From: a virus | Taxonomy: Duplodnaviria > Caudoviricetes | Virus record (IMG/VR): IMGVR_UViG_3300029305_004606 | Span: 128,001 to 192,000 of that record | Strand: one strand, 5' to 3' | DNA length: 64,000 nucleotides | Shown here: piece after piece, positions 27,569 through 37,625 of the stretch | Layout: each line of letters starts with the position of its first letter | How positions within the stretch are numbered: the stretch's first letter is position 1 | Made by a program: the position numbers and the translations under genes | Notes under the pieces: generated by a model | Told to the model about the DNA's origin: nothing | Seen by the model: only the letters and a program-made list of their open reading frames with translations | Database searches by the model: none

Positions 27569-30279
27569 TAAACAAGTTCGATATAGATGTTAGGAACTAA
27601 TCGATTTGTTTCTTTGTCCTTATGATTCCTAATATTGATAAATTCAGGAACAATTACAGGACTTTCCTCTGATATATTAATAATATGCTGATCATCTGCA
27701 TCAAATCTATTAAAACCAACAAATTCAATGAACCAGATTCTTTCAGAAAATTCATTAATAATATCTCTAATAAGATTAGGAGCGTGCCAATCAGAAATAT
27801 CATTGAGATCTTCAATATAATTCTTAATAGCAAGAGCAACCTCATCTTTAATACTAATATCAGAAGCATCTTTTATAGATAACTTAAATCTCATAGTAAT
27901 ATCAATATCACCAATAAGAGTACTCTGATCTTCCAGAGAATAAGTTAATGAAGGACCATAAGTATTGAAGAATTTAAAATCAATATTCATTGGATTCTCA
28001 AGTAAAGCAAGACAATAATTGATATAAGCTTTCTTTTCTTCAATAGCTTCTAATACATAGTTAGCCCCAGCATCAGTATCCAAATAATGTCTACCAATAC
28101 AAGGTACACCATTAACGATATAGTCAAATTTATTATCAGAGTCTACATCGATTCTGGTATTTGTAATACTGGTATAATTCTCAAAGAAATTAATACCTTC
28201 TACAGCTTTATAGATATTAACTACTGTAAAATCACCATAGTCTGGAGCAATCTTATCAATATCCATTCTAGGATGTATAGTAGTATTAGTTGAATCAAAT
28301 CTAGCTAATACATAAATTGCAGCTTCTGTATTTTCATCAACGTATCCATAGATCTCATGAGAAGAACCTGCTTCTTTCATACCTAATACTTTTAATCTAT
28401 TATGATCATCCATCATATTATCTGTAGCAATTACAGTGTTAAAATTATAGATACCATTATAAGCATTTTCATTATCCCACTCATATTCACATTCTGTCCA
28501 TCTATAAGGTACACCTTCTCTGTACAATACAAGAACAACTTTAAGATTTTCAGTTTCAATTCTCGAAACGTTTTTAGTTCCATCAGGATTAGTAACAATT
28601 TCTTCTGTAAAGTAATTGAATACTGTTTCATGATCAACGATAGACTGAGCAATACCAAATCTAATATTATAATCAGATTGTTTAGTAATAATCTGTCTTG
28701 AGAAATGGAATCTATTTGCAATAAACTGTACATCACAAGCATCATTTACATAATCATATACAAAATATGACTGATAATTAAATCCTGTAAAATAATATGC
28801 TGTATATAATGGATCGTGACACACAACGATATTATACAAGCTTGTATAGTAATAATATCCGGAATTGAAATAAGCATCTGAATATAATTCAGGTATTTCT
28901 GCATCACTTACAGGTTCTGCAATCATAGTTGTAGGGTCAAGTTTAAAGAAAGTACCAGCAGGAAGAATATATCTACCATCATCACAAACCATTAAGAATA
29001 TACTATCAAGAGTAATTCTTAAATTAATTGTATTTGTAGGAATAATGTTTCCAAACTCATCTTTCAACAAGTTATAAGCGTACCAAATTCTTTCTAACTG
29101 ATTATCTCTTTTCTTTTTCATAACAATACGATTTTCATCAGTATTAATCATATTGAAATAACCCTGTAAATCTGTCTCTGTAGTGATACTTCCTCTTGAC
29201 ATAGCAGCTTTAGGAATTAACTTCTGAAGTTCTGCTTTAGTTTTCTTATCACTACCACCTTCAGAATCAGTAACTGCTACAAAATAACAACTAATAGCTT
29301 TGTATCCATACTTATCAGATTCCATATCAACATACAAGCCTTCGGAAGTTCTGTCAATTCCAAGATATTCGAAATTACCAGACTTACCTAAAGTAGTATA
29401 TGCTTTAATTTCAATCTGAGTATTTAATCCAGGCATATAAGATTTATTATCAAATGTAATTCTTACAGTATTATCTGCTGTAAAGATATACCAACAATAA
29501 TTCTCAATATCAGGATTAATTACAGATCCATACATATAAGGAGTAACTAAAGTTTCAACTCCGTTATCTGTACAAGTAACTTTGAAGTTAGCAATTTGAT
29601 TATCATATTGGAAAGTGTAAGTTTTGTTCTCAATGATAGAATCAGATACCATAGAATCAGTGGTAACTTCTACTGTACATTGTCTGAGAGTAGCCTGGAT
29701 ACCAAGATACTTTTCAGGACCAATAGTAATAATAAAAGGTTGCTTCAAATAAGGGTTAGTTATATTGCTTAGAGGGTTATAAATCTTATCTCCATCTTCA
29801 TCAGTAATAATATACTGAGCTGAATATGAGTAATTATTTGTAGAAATTTTTCTTCTTCTAATCCTTACATCATAATCAAGATGAAATTCATAAGTATCAA
29901 TGAAGATAGGACAATCTGCATCAAGATAGAAGCAGTTTTCATCATTGTACTTTTCAATGTCAGATAACTTAACACAGATAGTTGCTGTAATTCTTGCAGG
30001 AGTTGCATTGATATCAGTAATACCATGATAAGTAGCATGAGCTAAGACATTTTTTGTAAGGTTTGCTCTTGTAGCAAACATTTCGTTGCCTAACTGTCCA
30101 GCCATAATTGTAGAAGTCTGAATCTTCTTAGCTTCAGTATCAGCAATAAAACCATATATACCGAGAGCTAGAGTAGTCTCATCTTCGTCTTCAATATATC
30201 TAGCTTGAACTTTCTTAACTGAGTCTAATATATCATAGACATCAGTATTGATTGACCAATCAGTAGTCTTCTTTCCCAT
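27568..30279 (-). CDS. Baseplate wedge subunit (T4 gp6 / baseplate J-like)
   Basis: EMF..RA....VL.HA..G...ATPA at the N-terminus, YTTLG..GN, and GG.D....EL....P....SRGSITTETDL (cf. RAVT..DY). Confidence 0.72.
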   Translation of the reverse strand: MGKKTTDWSINTDVYDILDSVKKVQARYIEDEDETTLALGIYGFIADTEAKKIQTSTIMAGQLGNEMFATRANLTKNVLAHATYHGITDINATPARITATICVKLSDIEKYNDENCFYLDADCPIFIDTYEFHLDYDVRIRRRKISTNNYSYSAQYIITDEDGDKIYNPLSNITNPYLKQPFIITIGPEKYLGIQATLRQCTVEVTTDSMVSDSIIENKTYTFQYDNQIANFKVTCTDNGVETLVTPYMYGSVINPDIENYCWYIFTADNTVRITFDNKSYMPGLNTQIEIKAYTTLGKSGNFEYLGIDRTSEGLYVDMESDKYGYKAISCYFVAVTDSEGGSDKKTKAELQKLIPKAAMSRGSITTETDLQGYFNMINTDENRIVMKKKRDNQLERIWYAYNLLKDEFGNIIPTNTINLRITLDSIFLMVCDDGRYILPAGTFFKLDPTTMIAEPVSDAEIPELYSDAYFNSGYYYYTSLYNIVVCHDPLYTAYYFTGFNYQSYFVYDYVNDACDVQFIANRFHFSRQIITKQSDYNIRFGIAQSIVDHETVFNYFTEEIVTNPDGTKNVSRIETENLKVVLVLYREGVPYRWTECEYEWDNENAYNGIYNFNTVIATDNMMDDHNRLKVLGMKEAGSSHEIYGYVDENTEAAIYVLARFDSTNTTIHPRMDIDKIAPDYGDFTVVNIYKAVEGINFFENYTSITNTRIDVDSDNKFDYIVNGVPCIGRHYLDTDAGANYVLEAIEEKKAYINYCLALLENPMNIDFKFFNTYGPSLTYSLEDQSTLIGDIDITMRFKLSIKDASDISIKDEVALAIKNYIEDLNDISDWHAPNLIRDIINEFSERIWFIEFVGFNRFDADDQHIINISEESPVIVPEFINIRNHKDKETNRLVPNIYIELV

Positions 30280-31424
30280 TATACAACGTCATCTCCTCTC
30301 CATTTAAGTTTATATACATATCCAGTAGGAGAAGCTTTAGCAGCTTCTGTATCTGTTTCCTTTACAATATAAGCTGCTCTAGCAGGTCTCATATCAGCAT
30401 GATCTAAAACTCTATTATGAGGTGTAATCTGATAAGGCTGAGCATTATAATAAGGAAGCGACAAATTATTAAAGTCAGCAATAATATCAGGTCTCATATC
30501 TTCGTAGAATGCTGCTCTGAAATCAACACTATATGAAATACCATTGTCAAAGTTAGGATTTGAAAATACATCTCTAGGAAGAGATTTAGGTACCACACCA
30601 TACATCTTTCCATAATAAATAATAGTTTCCATATCCTCATCTACAATGAATTTATAGATAGCAAACTGATCATGTAAGATCTTGTTTACTGTGTAATACT
30701 TACTGGGAGCTATTACACCATGATGTTTCAAAGTTTCATATTCCTCATAAGCTTTGAAAAACATATAGGTATCTAAATACCTTGTATCCTTAAACTCAAG
30801 AGAAAATTCAGGGTTATCATCTGATGCTTCAGATGATCCCCTATATGAATATCCAACACCATACATATTAGTTGGAGTATCGATCATTTCAGAATTCAAT
30901 GCAGGTACATCAAGATTTGATATAACCTGGTTCTGTAACAGGTGATTGAAAGGATCTGCTGAGCCGACAGATAATTGTAAAGATTTGAGAGTTGTATCTT
31001 TTCTTGTATTAAACAAGTCTACCCAAAAAGGAATATCTGCCAATGCAGCATTAAGTTCACTGGTCTTAAGTACAACGCCATTATCATCCATTGGTAAAAT
31101 ATGCAAATCGGGTCTAGTGAAGAATAAATATTCTCTAGCTGTAGATATTGCTCCATATGGATTCGTTAAACCGAATCTAAATGTCTTATGATGTAATGCA
31201 TTTTTGATCTCATTTCTTTCAAAAATATTTGCACCATGCATTGCAGCTTTAAGCATAGAAGAATTACTTATACCTGATCTGTCAGTGATATTGTTTAATA
31301 TATCATCTCCAGTTAATATAGTTGATGCTCCGCCATCATCATGTGATTCAGGCACAGGTAAAGGTTTCTTAATATTTTCATCTCCATTTTGCCCTCTTGT
31401 TACATCTTTTGATCTTGTTGGCAT
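30279..31424 (-). CDS. Putative virion structural protein (tail-tube-like/baseplate)
   Basis: Translationally coupled to the wedge gene and preceded by a late promoter; beta-rich FSLEFKD..YGKMYGVVPKSLP..YSVDF pattern. Confidence 0.6.
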   Translation of the reverse strand: MPTRSKDVTRGQNGDENIKKPLPVPESHDDGGASTILTGDDILNNITDRSGISNSSMLKAAMHGANIFERNEIKNALHHKTFRFGLTNPYGAISTAREYLFFTRPDLHILPMDDNGVVLKTSELNAALADIPFWVDLFNTRKDTTLKSLQLSVGSADPFNHLLQNQVISNLDVPALNSEMIDTPTNMYGVGYSYRGSSEASDDNPEFSLEFKDTRYLDTYMFFKAYEEYETLKHHGVIAPSKYYTVNKILHDQFAIYKFIVDEDMETIIYYGKMYGVVPKSLPRDVFSNPNFDNGISYSVDFRAAFYEDMRPDIIADFNNLSLPYYNAQPYQITPHNRVLDHADMRPARAAYIVKETDTEAAKASPTGYVYKLKWRGDDVV

Positions 31425-31451
31425 TATCTTAATCCTCCTTTCCGTAAGAAT

Positions 31452-31463
31452 TATAGTAATGTT
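31452..31463 (-). promoter_or_regulatory. Late-type promoter AACA-N6-TA
   Basis: AACAttactaTAat. Confidence 0.75.
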
Positions 31464-31488
31464 TGCAGATTACCAAATCTACAGATGA

Positions 31489-31508
31489 TTATATAATATA
31501 ATAATGAA
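31489..31508 (+). promoter_or_regulatory. Early-type promoter motif
   Basis: TTATATAATATAATAATGAA. Confidence 0.6.
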
Positions 31509-31665
31509 ACAAGAGATAATTATTCTATTTTTATAAGATTTTTAACCTATAATTTCTTTGAATAAAGTGTACTGTATAATCTCAATTTAGACTATTATAA
31601 CTCTCCCCTCACCTTAAAGTTGTGCTTAAACTAAGCATTAAATTTTATTAGGTGGAGGTGTTGTA

Positions 31666-31857
31666 ATGGGTGTAGATAGAAGATTAATCCAGAGTGTTAT
31701 GAACCATTCTGTAGTCGAAGAATTTCTTATCGGAAAGGATAAAAAAGATGGATATATGATCATGAAACCACAAGTAGATTTTAAGATCAATGCTGATATA
31801 AACTGGGACAAAAAATGTGCTAGTTTAAGCATACAATTTAAGTTATTTTTCATCTAA
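31666..31857 (+). CDS. Small hypothetical protein (63 aa)
   Basis: Strong GGAGGTG RBS; lies downstream of an early-type promoter motif. Confidence 0.7.
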   Translation: MGVDRRLIQSVMNHSVVEEFLIGKDKKDGYMIMKPQVDFKINADINWDKKCASLSIQFKLFFI

Positions 31858-31892
31858 ATAGAGCCTAAAATTACAGAACACTTTATTTTTTG

Positions 31893-31904
31893 AACACTCA
31901 TATA
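31893..31904 (+). promoter_or_regulatory. Late-type promoter AACA-N6-TA
   Basis: AACActcataTAaat. Confidence 0.75.
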
Positions 31905-31931
31905 AATATTACCGAAAAGGAGGGTAAATCA

Positions 31932-33464
31932 ATGCATAGTGTGTTGAATGAAGGTAGCTTTATGGATGCCATTACTAGCGTTGCAAGTGACGTAGCTAAG
32001 GATGCTAAAGAAGCTAGAGATAAGAACAAATCGACATACATGTATGGTTCTATTTCTAAGTATACTCAGAAATTAATCTTGAGCTTTCCTACCATTTGTG
32101 ATAATACTATTCCAATGAGTACTGCACAGATGATCAGTAAAGCACATGAGAAGAACCTGGTATCCATGTTTGAGATGCTGTTCACTTCTATGTCTTTATC
32201 CGGAAACAATGGTATTGAAATCTTAAAAGCTTTACATCACAATTTGAATGATAATGCAAGTATTGACGATATTATTGATGCAATCGAAAAAGCTGTAGGT
32301 GAGGCAGGTTGTCCTTTTACTAAGGCTGAAATTAGAGATATCGTAAATGAAATGTGTTATGATCTTAAATACAAGCAGAAATCTCTGCCTGTAGATTCTT
32401 TCTCTGAAAGATCTCTTGGTGATTATCTTGTAAGAGAATCTTATTCTGGTACTGTAGTTATGGAAGCTCCACAGCCTAAGACTCATACTCAGCAGGATGT
32501 AGATGATGCTTATCAGAGAGGTAAGAAGGAAGTTGAACAGGGATATGCTGGTAACAAAGATCGTAGAGATCAGGAAAGATATGAAAGAGAAAAGAAATCT
32601 TGGGAATCTAATGATCCCAAGGATACTGATCAGACTGTAGAACGTCATCGTAAAGAAGATGCTGAGCGTCGTCAGAAAGAAAGAGAAGAAGATGCTAAGG
32701 CTAGAGAAGCTGATATTAAGCGTCGTCAGAAAGAAAGAGAAGAAGATGCTAAGCAGAGAAACTTTGAAAATGAAGTTAGACTTGCTCAGTCTCGTGTAAA
32801 AGATGTTGATTACAAGAAGGCTAATGAACTTCAGCCTACTCTTATGACTGTTGCTTACACTGAACTTGGTCCTGATAATAAAACTGTTATCGGTAAGAAA
32901 GCATTTGTTGCTGGTATCAAATCTCGTATGGTTGGTTCTGATGCTATGGAAATTGTTGAAAGACTTTCTGCTACAGCTAAGAACAAACTTACTTTCAAGG
33001 ATCTTATTCGTGCAACTACCGGTGAAATTTCTTTAGTAAAAGATTTTATTGCTGCTACCAAGCAGGCTAAGATCAATGCTAGAAATGCTGCTAAGCGTGG
33101 AGAAACTGCTAAGATGTGGAATCTCTTATCAGCTAGAGCTAAGAAGAATAAAGTTACTGGTACTGGTATGAGATCTAATGAAGCAGCTTCTATTACAACT
33201 CTGATTATCAATCAGGAAACTGTAAACTTCTTGGCTGCAAATTATAAGCTTAACTTAGATTCTCCTAAGGAAGCTGCAGAAATTATGGATGCTTTCAATT
33301 TGTTAGCATTAGTAATTGCTGATGAAGCTAATGAGGTTGCTAAGTTCTTATATGACGGAAATAATAGCTTTGAAATGCTTGCATACTCTAGCTTATCTAA
33401 AGATATGAGAGATGACAAGAATTACAACAAAGCTATCAATCTGATTAATAAATCCGGGAGGTAA
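31932..33464 (+). CDS. Putative virion (head) protein with a charged internal insert
   Basis: AAAGGAGGG RBS before ATG 31932; late promoter; LNEG, VRES and VMEA motifs. Confidence 0.75.
   Translation: MHSVLNEGSFMDAITSVASDVAKDAKEARDKNKSTYMYGSISKYTQKLILSFPTICDNTIPMSTAQMISKAHEKNLVSMFEMLFTSMSLSGNNGIEILKALHHNLNDNASIDDIIDAIEKAVGEAGCPFTKAEIRDIVNEMCYDLKYKQKSLPVDSFSERSLGDYLVRESYSGTVVMEAPQPKTHTQQDVDDAYQRGKKEVEQGYAGNKDRRDQERYEREKKSWESNDPKDTDQTVERHRKEDAERRQKEREEDAKAREADIKRRQKEREEDAKQRNFENEVRLAQSRVKDVDYKKANELQPTLMTVAYTELGPDNKTVIGKKAFVAGIKSRMVGSDAMEIVERLSATAKNKLTFKDLIRATTGEISLVKDFIAATKQAKINARNAAKRGETAKMWNLLSARAKKNKVTGTGMRSNEAASITTLIINQETVNFLAANYKLNLDSPKEAAEIMDAFNLLALVIADEANEVAKFLYDGNNSFEMLAYSSLSKDMRDDKNYNKAINLINKSGR
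32665..32753 (+). repeat. 35-nt direct repeat x2 (in frame, 54-nt period)
   Basis: AGCGTCGTCAGAAAGAAAGAGAAGAAGATGCTAAG at 32665 and 32719, encoding RRQKEREEDAK twice. Confidence 0.9.
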
Positions 33465-33470
33465 CTAACG

Positions 33471-35114
33471 ATGATTTTAAACGAATATAATCAGATTGTC
33501 AATGAACACTTTGACTTATCTGACAATTATACTCGTCGATTCATTGCTAGTCTTAACGAAAGTGGACAGGAGCAGCTTATCGCTGCTCTTTCTTCTGCTT
33601 TATATGAAAAGATTGTAGCAAAAGTTGACGAAATCGATTTTGGTACTATCCCTCAGTCTAGAGGTGATATTACAAAGGTTCAAGGATTTGTAAATACTGA
33701 GCAGTGTATTGATATTATTAGAAAGCTGGTTATTCAGTATAATCAGAAGACTGATATTATTGATTCTATTATTACTGCTATTAGTAATATCAAAGACAGA
33801 AAGAATCTGTTCACAAAGGCATTTGCTATTAAAGCAGATATGCCTGTTATGATCTACAATTTGATGGTATTAGCTGTTGAGAGATCTGTATCTCTTATTA
33901 TTGCTACCTGTATTCAGTTTGTTAAGGACCCTCAGTCTTCAAATGTAAAGACAGCCCTTGATAAAGTTGCATATGAGAAAACAATGGATGATATGCTTTT
34001 CAAGCAGCTTATTACTTTCAATGCATTATGTAAGACCGGTACAATGGATAAGACCCTCAACAGTTCTATGAAATCGAATACTGTTCATGAAGAAGTAGAT
34101 ATTGTAGGATCTGTTCTTGGTAGAGAAGATAATGGTGAGATTGGAAGTGGAGAAGAAAAAACTCCTGAAGTAAATGCATTTGCTCCGGATAACACTGCAT
34201 CTATCTTTGGTGATTCTGAAGCTGAGCCTGTTGCTACTCCTGAAGATGATAACAAAGATGATGAAAAATTCGATGTATATAATCCGGCTAACAAACCTGA
34301 AATCAATCCTGCTACTCCTCCTGTTTCTATTGAAGAACCTGAAGGATCTAAGGTTACTTTTGATGATAATGGAATTGATAAGGAAAAAGATTATCAGGGA
34401 CTTCCTGGTACTTTGGTAGCAAGAATGGCTAAAATTATTATTCCTGGAAAACCTGAAGAACCTAAGCCGGAAGAAGTTGAATCTCCTAATGATGGAGTAG
34501 AACCTGAAAATATTCCTGCAGTTACTCATGATGATGAAGATCCGTCTGTAATGGACGAACCTATTACTGAAGATGAACTCCAGGAAGGTGTATTAGGTGA
34601 TTTGACCAATACTACAAGAGGAAAAATTGTTGATGCAGTTAGATCTTACAGTGGAGCTGATAAGAACGATAATACTATGACTGTTATTGGCAAGACTCTT
34701 AAAACTCTTGGTCAGAGAAATAAGAAAATCTTTGCAGTAGGTGGAATTATTGCAGGTGTAATTGCACTTCCTTTTGCAGTTGTAAAGATTATTATTCCTT
34801 TTATCAGAGGATGCGTATATTACTTCTATTATACTAAGATGAAAGTATCTGATTATCTTGAGATTCAGGCTGAGCTTATTGAAGCTAATGCTAATGATCT
34901 TGAGAATTCTACCGATTCTGAATTAACAGAAGAAAAGAAAGCTAAAGTTGCTGAAAGACAGCGTAAGTGGGCTGACAGACTTCGTAAGTGGGCTAATGCT
35001 TTTGCTATCGATCATAAACAGGCAACTAATGCTGCTAAGAAAGAGGCTGACAAAGACTCAAAAGAGAAGAAAACTGTTCGTAAGGATGAAGATGGAGACG
35101 ACAGTATCTTCTAG
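33471..35114 (+). CDS. Putative virion protein with a P/E/D-rich insert and a hydrophobic C-terminal helix
   Basis: GGGAGG RBS; same operon as 31932; TM-like IFAVGGIIAGVIALPFAVVKIIIPFI. Confidence 0.75.
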   Translation: MILNEYNQIVNEHFDLSDNYTRRFIASLNESGQEQLIAALSSALYEKIVAKVDEIDFGTIPQSRGDITKVQGFVNTEQCIDIIRKLVIQYNQKTDIIDSIITAISNIKDRKNLFTKAFAIKADMPVMIYNLMVLAVERSVSLIIATCIQFVKDPQSSNVKTALDKVAYEKTMDDMLFKQLITFNALCKTGTMDKTLNSSMKSNTVHEEVDIVGSVLGREDNGEIGSGEEKTPEVNAFAPDNTASIFGDSEAEPVATPEDDNKDDEKFDVYNPANKPEINPATPPVSIEEPEGSKVTFDDNGIDKEKDYQGLPGTLVARMAKIIIPGKPEEPKPEEVESPNDGVEPENIPAVTHDDEDPSVMDEPITEDELQEGVLGDLTNTTRGKIVDAVRSYSGADKNDNTMTVIGKTLKTLGQRNKKIFAVGGIIAGVIALPFAVVKIIIPFIRGCVYYFYYTKMKVSDYLEIQAELIEANANDLENSTDSELTEEKKAKVAERQRKWADRLRKWANAFAIDHKQATNAAKKEADKDSKEKKTVRKDEDGDDSIF

Positions 35115-35131
35115 TATCTAAACTGGAGGTA

Positions 35132-37531
35132 ATGATTATGAGTGATACTCAATTATTATCTTTCGTTGGAGAATCTGCTAGACCTTATAAGTCTATGACT
35201 GAAGGTGAAGCTTCTAATTATATGGAAGAGCTCAATAATATATCTGAAGGTACCCGGAATATCTATAGAAATAATATTAGAGCTCTCCGTGAAGAAGCTG
35301 AATACGAATTAGATTCTATTCAGTGTAATTTTAGAAGTTTCATTACAGAGTCTGATGATATGAATGATACAGAAGAAGAAAAACTTAAGGCTATAGAGGA
35401 TAAAAAGTCCTCTATGGTCAAAAGTTTTATAGATCGTATTTTCGACAATTCTAATTCTATCAAAAGAATCTCCGCGAAAGCAAATGATGAAGCAATTAAT
35501 ATGATATCTGCAGATAGAAAAACTTTCAAAAACTTTTTATCTGCTCTTAGAGATAAGAAAAATCTTGAAGGTTTTAAAGGTATTAAGGATTTTGTATTCC
35601 CTGGAGATAAGTTCGATGATTGTATCAAACTTGTTATCGATCAAACTGATACTGTTGTTAATCTTCATAGAAAGTATATGAATTATTTCTTACAAGCTTC
35701 TTCTTTAGAATCATTAAAGAGATATTATAAGCTTTATGATGAAGAAATGATGGTTGAAATTGCAGATAAAATAGATATCAAACTTAATACAGAACTTAAG
35801 GTAAAAACTCCAAGATGGACACCAACAATAAAAGATCTTTCTTTTATGATCAGATTTGTAAATAATCCATCTGTTATTACTTGTTCTATTGCTGATGGTT
35901 GTAGACATGCAATTGGTAATCTGAACAAGTTAACTCATAATAGCGAAATATTATTTCGTAAAGTAAATGGAGAATCTGATCTTGATATGATCAGATTAAA
36001 TTATATGTATAGATGTACAAGTTATGCTAACAGACAAATCGGATCTATTTTCTTTCAATTCAAAGATCTTACTATTAGAGAAATTGCAGCTTATAGAAAG
36101 TCTGTAATGATTGCTGGTAGATATGCTAATGATAAGAAGGACAAGAGAACTCGTTCTGTAAAAGAATGGGCTATCATGGAAGATGTAATGTCATCTGCTT
36201 CTGATTTATATGTCTTTGATAAATTATCCGGACCATGTTTTGATACATCTATGAATAATATTATTGAATCTGAAACATCGATTATGTCAGAAACAATCAA
36301 TATTATGGTTGAGAAAATTGTATCTTATTTAACAGAAGAATCGGAAGGATCACAATCTAAGATTGATTATTTTGAAGAATTAAAGGATGCATTTGCCAGA
36401 GGACAAGAAAATGCTTCAAAATTCTTTGAAGATGAAATTCAAAGATTTAGTGCAGAATTTGATGATTCTAAATGTAGATACTTTATTAATCCTCCAATGA
36501 TTAATAGTATTGGCAAAGATCATATTCTTGGTTATGTTCATTCTTATGATAAATTGGGAAATGTAAAACCTACTGAAAGATGTGTCAATATTATTGCTCA
36601 GATGTGCCATATATTTGAAAATCTTAATAAAGATCAGATGTCTGGTAGTAGAGCTTGTGAATTAATATCTAAAGATATTATCAGAAATATTTCTGGTATG
36701 GAAACAAGATCTATGGAAGATATTGATGAGCATTATAAAGAATATCTTACAGGACATATTGTCAAGGTTGATAAATTCTGGTTAGAAAGAAATCTTCAGC
36801 ATATAACTAGAGTTATTTCTGGTGACGAACTTATGGATGTATTAAAAGAGATGGAGTATATGGAGAAATTAATTCGTGCAGGTGCTCAATATGCTATTGA
36901 ACATTCTATGGATCATGAAGATATTTCGAATACTCTGAATATTTCTCATTACTCTCTCATTACAAGTTGTATGAATACTATGCATAAATGTAATGCTATA
37001 ATTCTCGATGTATATTATAGACAATTTGTAGAGTATAAGAATATTATATCTCGTTTGAATCATTATTGTCCTGAATTATCAGAAGATCAAAGAACAATTG
37101 ATAATAAAATGTCTCATTTTGATATGAAACCTACAGAATTAGCACTGACGTCTACCAAAAAGAATGATTCTGCTGATTCAGTAGAATTTCAGAATAAAAA
37201 TATCGCTAAAGCTGTTCAAGAAGCAGGTTTAGATGATCTGAAACAGAAAGTTGCTAATATGGGAGATAAAGTTTCTCAAATTGGTACTGCTTTCCAAAAT
37301 ATCAAATCAAAAGCTGCAGATGCTGCTCATAAAGTAATTGATGCTGCTGTAGGTAATAATAATCCTAGTAGTCCTAACGGTTCTATTGCTAGTAAAGCTG
37401 TAGATTTTATTAAAGGTGCTAAGGAAAAAGTTAGCGGATTTGTAAGTAATGTAAAAGATAAAGTTGCTGACAAAGTAAGCAATGTAAAAGACTTTATTAC
37501 TGACAAAATTGATATTATGAAGAATAATTAA
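35132..37531 (+). CDS. Putative internal head protein (two helical modules)
   Basis: GGAGGT RBS; multiple (I/L/V)xE(S/G) motifs; architecture similar to the next two genes. Confidence 0.7.
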   Translation: MIMSDTQLLSFVGESARPYKSMTEGEASNYMEELNNISEGTRNIYRNNIRALREEAEYELDSIQCNFRSFITESDDMNDTEEEKLKAIEDKKSSMVKSFIDRIFDNSNSIKRISAKANDEAINMISADRKTFKNFLSALRDKKNLEGFKGIKDFVFPGDKFDDCIKLVIDQTDTVVNLHRKYMNYFLQASSLESLKRYYKLYDEEMMVEIADKIDIKLNTELKVKTPRWTPTIKDLSFMIRFVNNPSVITCSIADGCRHAIGNLNKLTHNSEILFRKVNGESDLDMIRLNYMYRCTSYANRQIGSIFFQFKDLTIREIAAYRKSVMIAGRYANDKKDKRTRSVKEWAIMEDVMSSASDLYVFDKLSGPCFDTSMNNIIESETSIMSETINIMVEKIVSYLTEESEGSQSKIDYFEELKDAFARGQENASKFFEDEIQRFSAEFDDSKCRYFINPPMINSIGKDHILGYVHSYDKLGNVKPTERCVNIIAQMCHIFENLNKDQMSGSRACELISKDIIRNISGMETRSMEDIDEHYKEYLTGHIVKVDKFWLERNLQHITRVISGDELMDVLKEMEYMEKLIRAGAQYAIEHSMDHEDISNTLNISHYSLITSCMNTMHKCNAIILDVYYRQFVEYKNIISRLNHYCPELSEDQRTIDNKMSHFDMKPTELALTSTKKNDSADSVEFQNKNIAKAVQEAGLDDLKQKVANMGDKVSQIGTAFQNIKSKAADAAHKVIDAAVGNNNPSSPNGSIASKAVDFIKGAKEKVSGFVSNVKDKVADKVSNVKDFITDKIDIMKNN

Positions 37532-37544
37532 GTTTCAGAAGAAA

Positions 37545-37556
37545 AACATTATTATA
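37545..37556 (+). promoter_or_regulatory. Late-type promoter AACA-N6-TA
   Basis: AACAttattaTAaat. Confidence 0.7.
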
Positions 37557-37572
37557 AATGAGATTATTCTGC

Positions 37573-37609
37573 GGTAGGTAGGAATAGTCTTCCTACCTAC
37601 CAATTTTTT
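37573..37609 (+). terminator. Hairpin with T-tract
   Basis: GGTAGGTAGGA/TCCTACCTACC followed by AATTTTTT. Confidence 0.6.
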
Positions 37610-37625
37610 AAAGGAGGTTATAATC

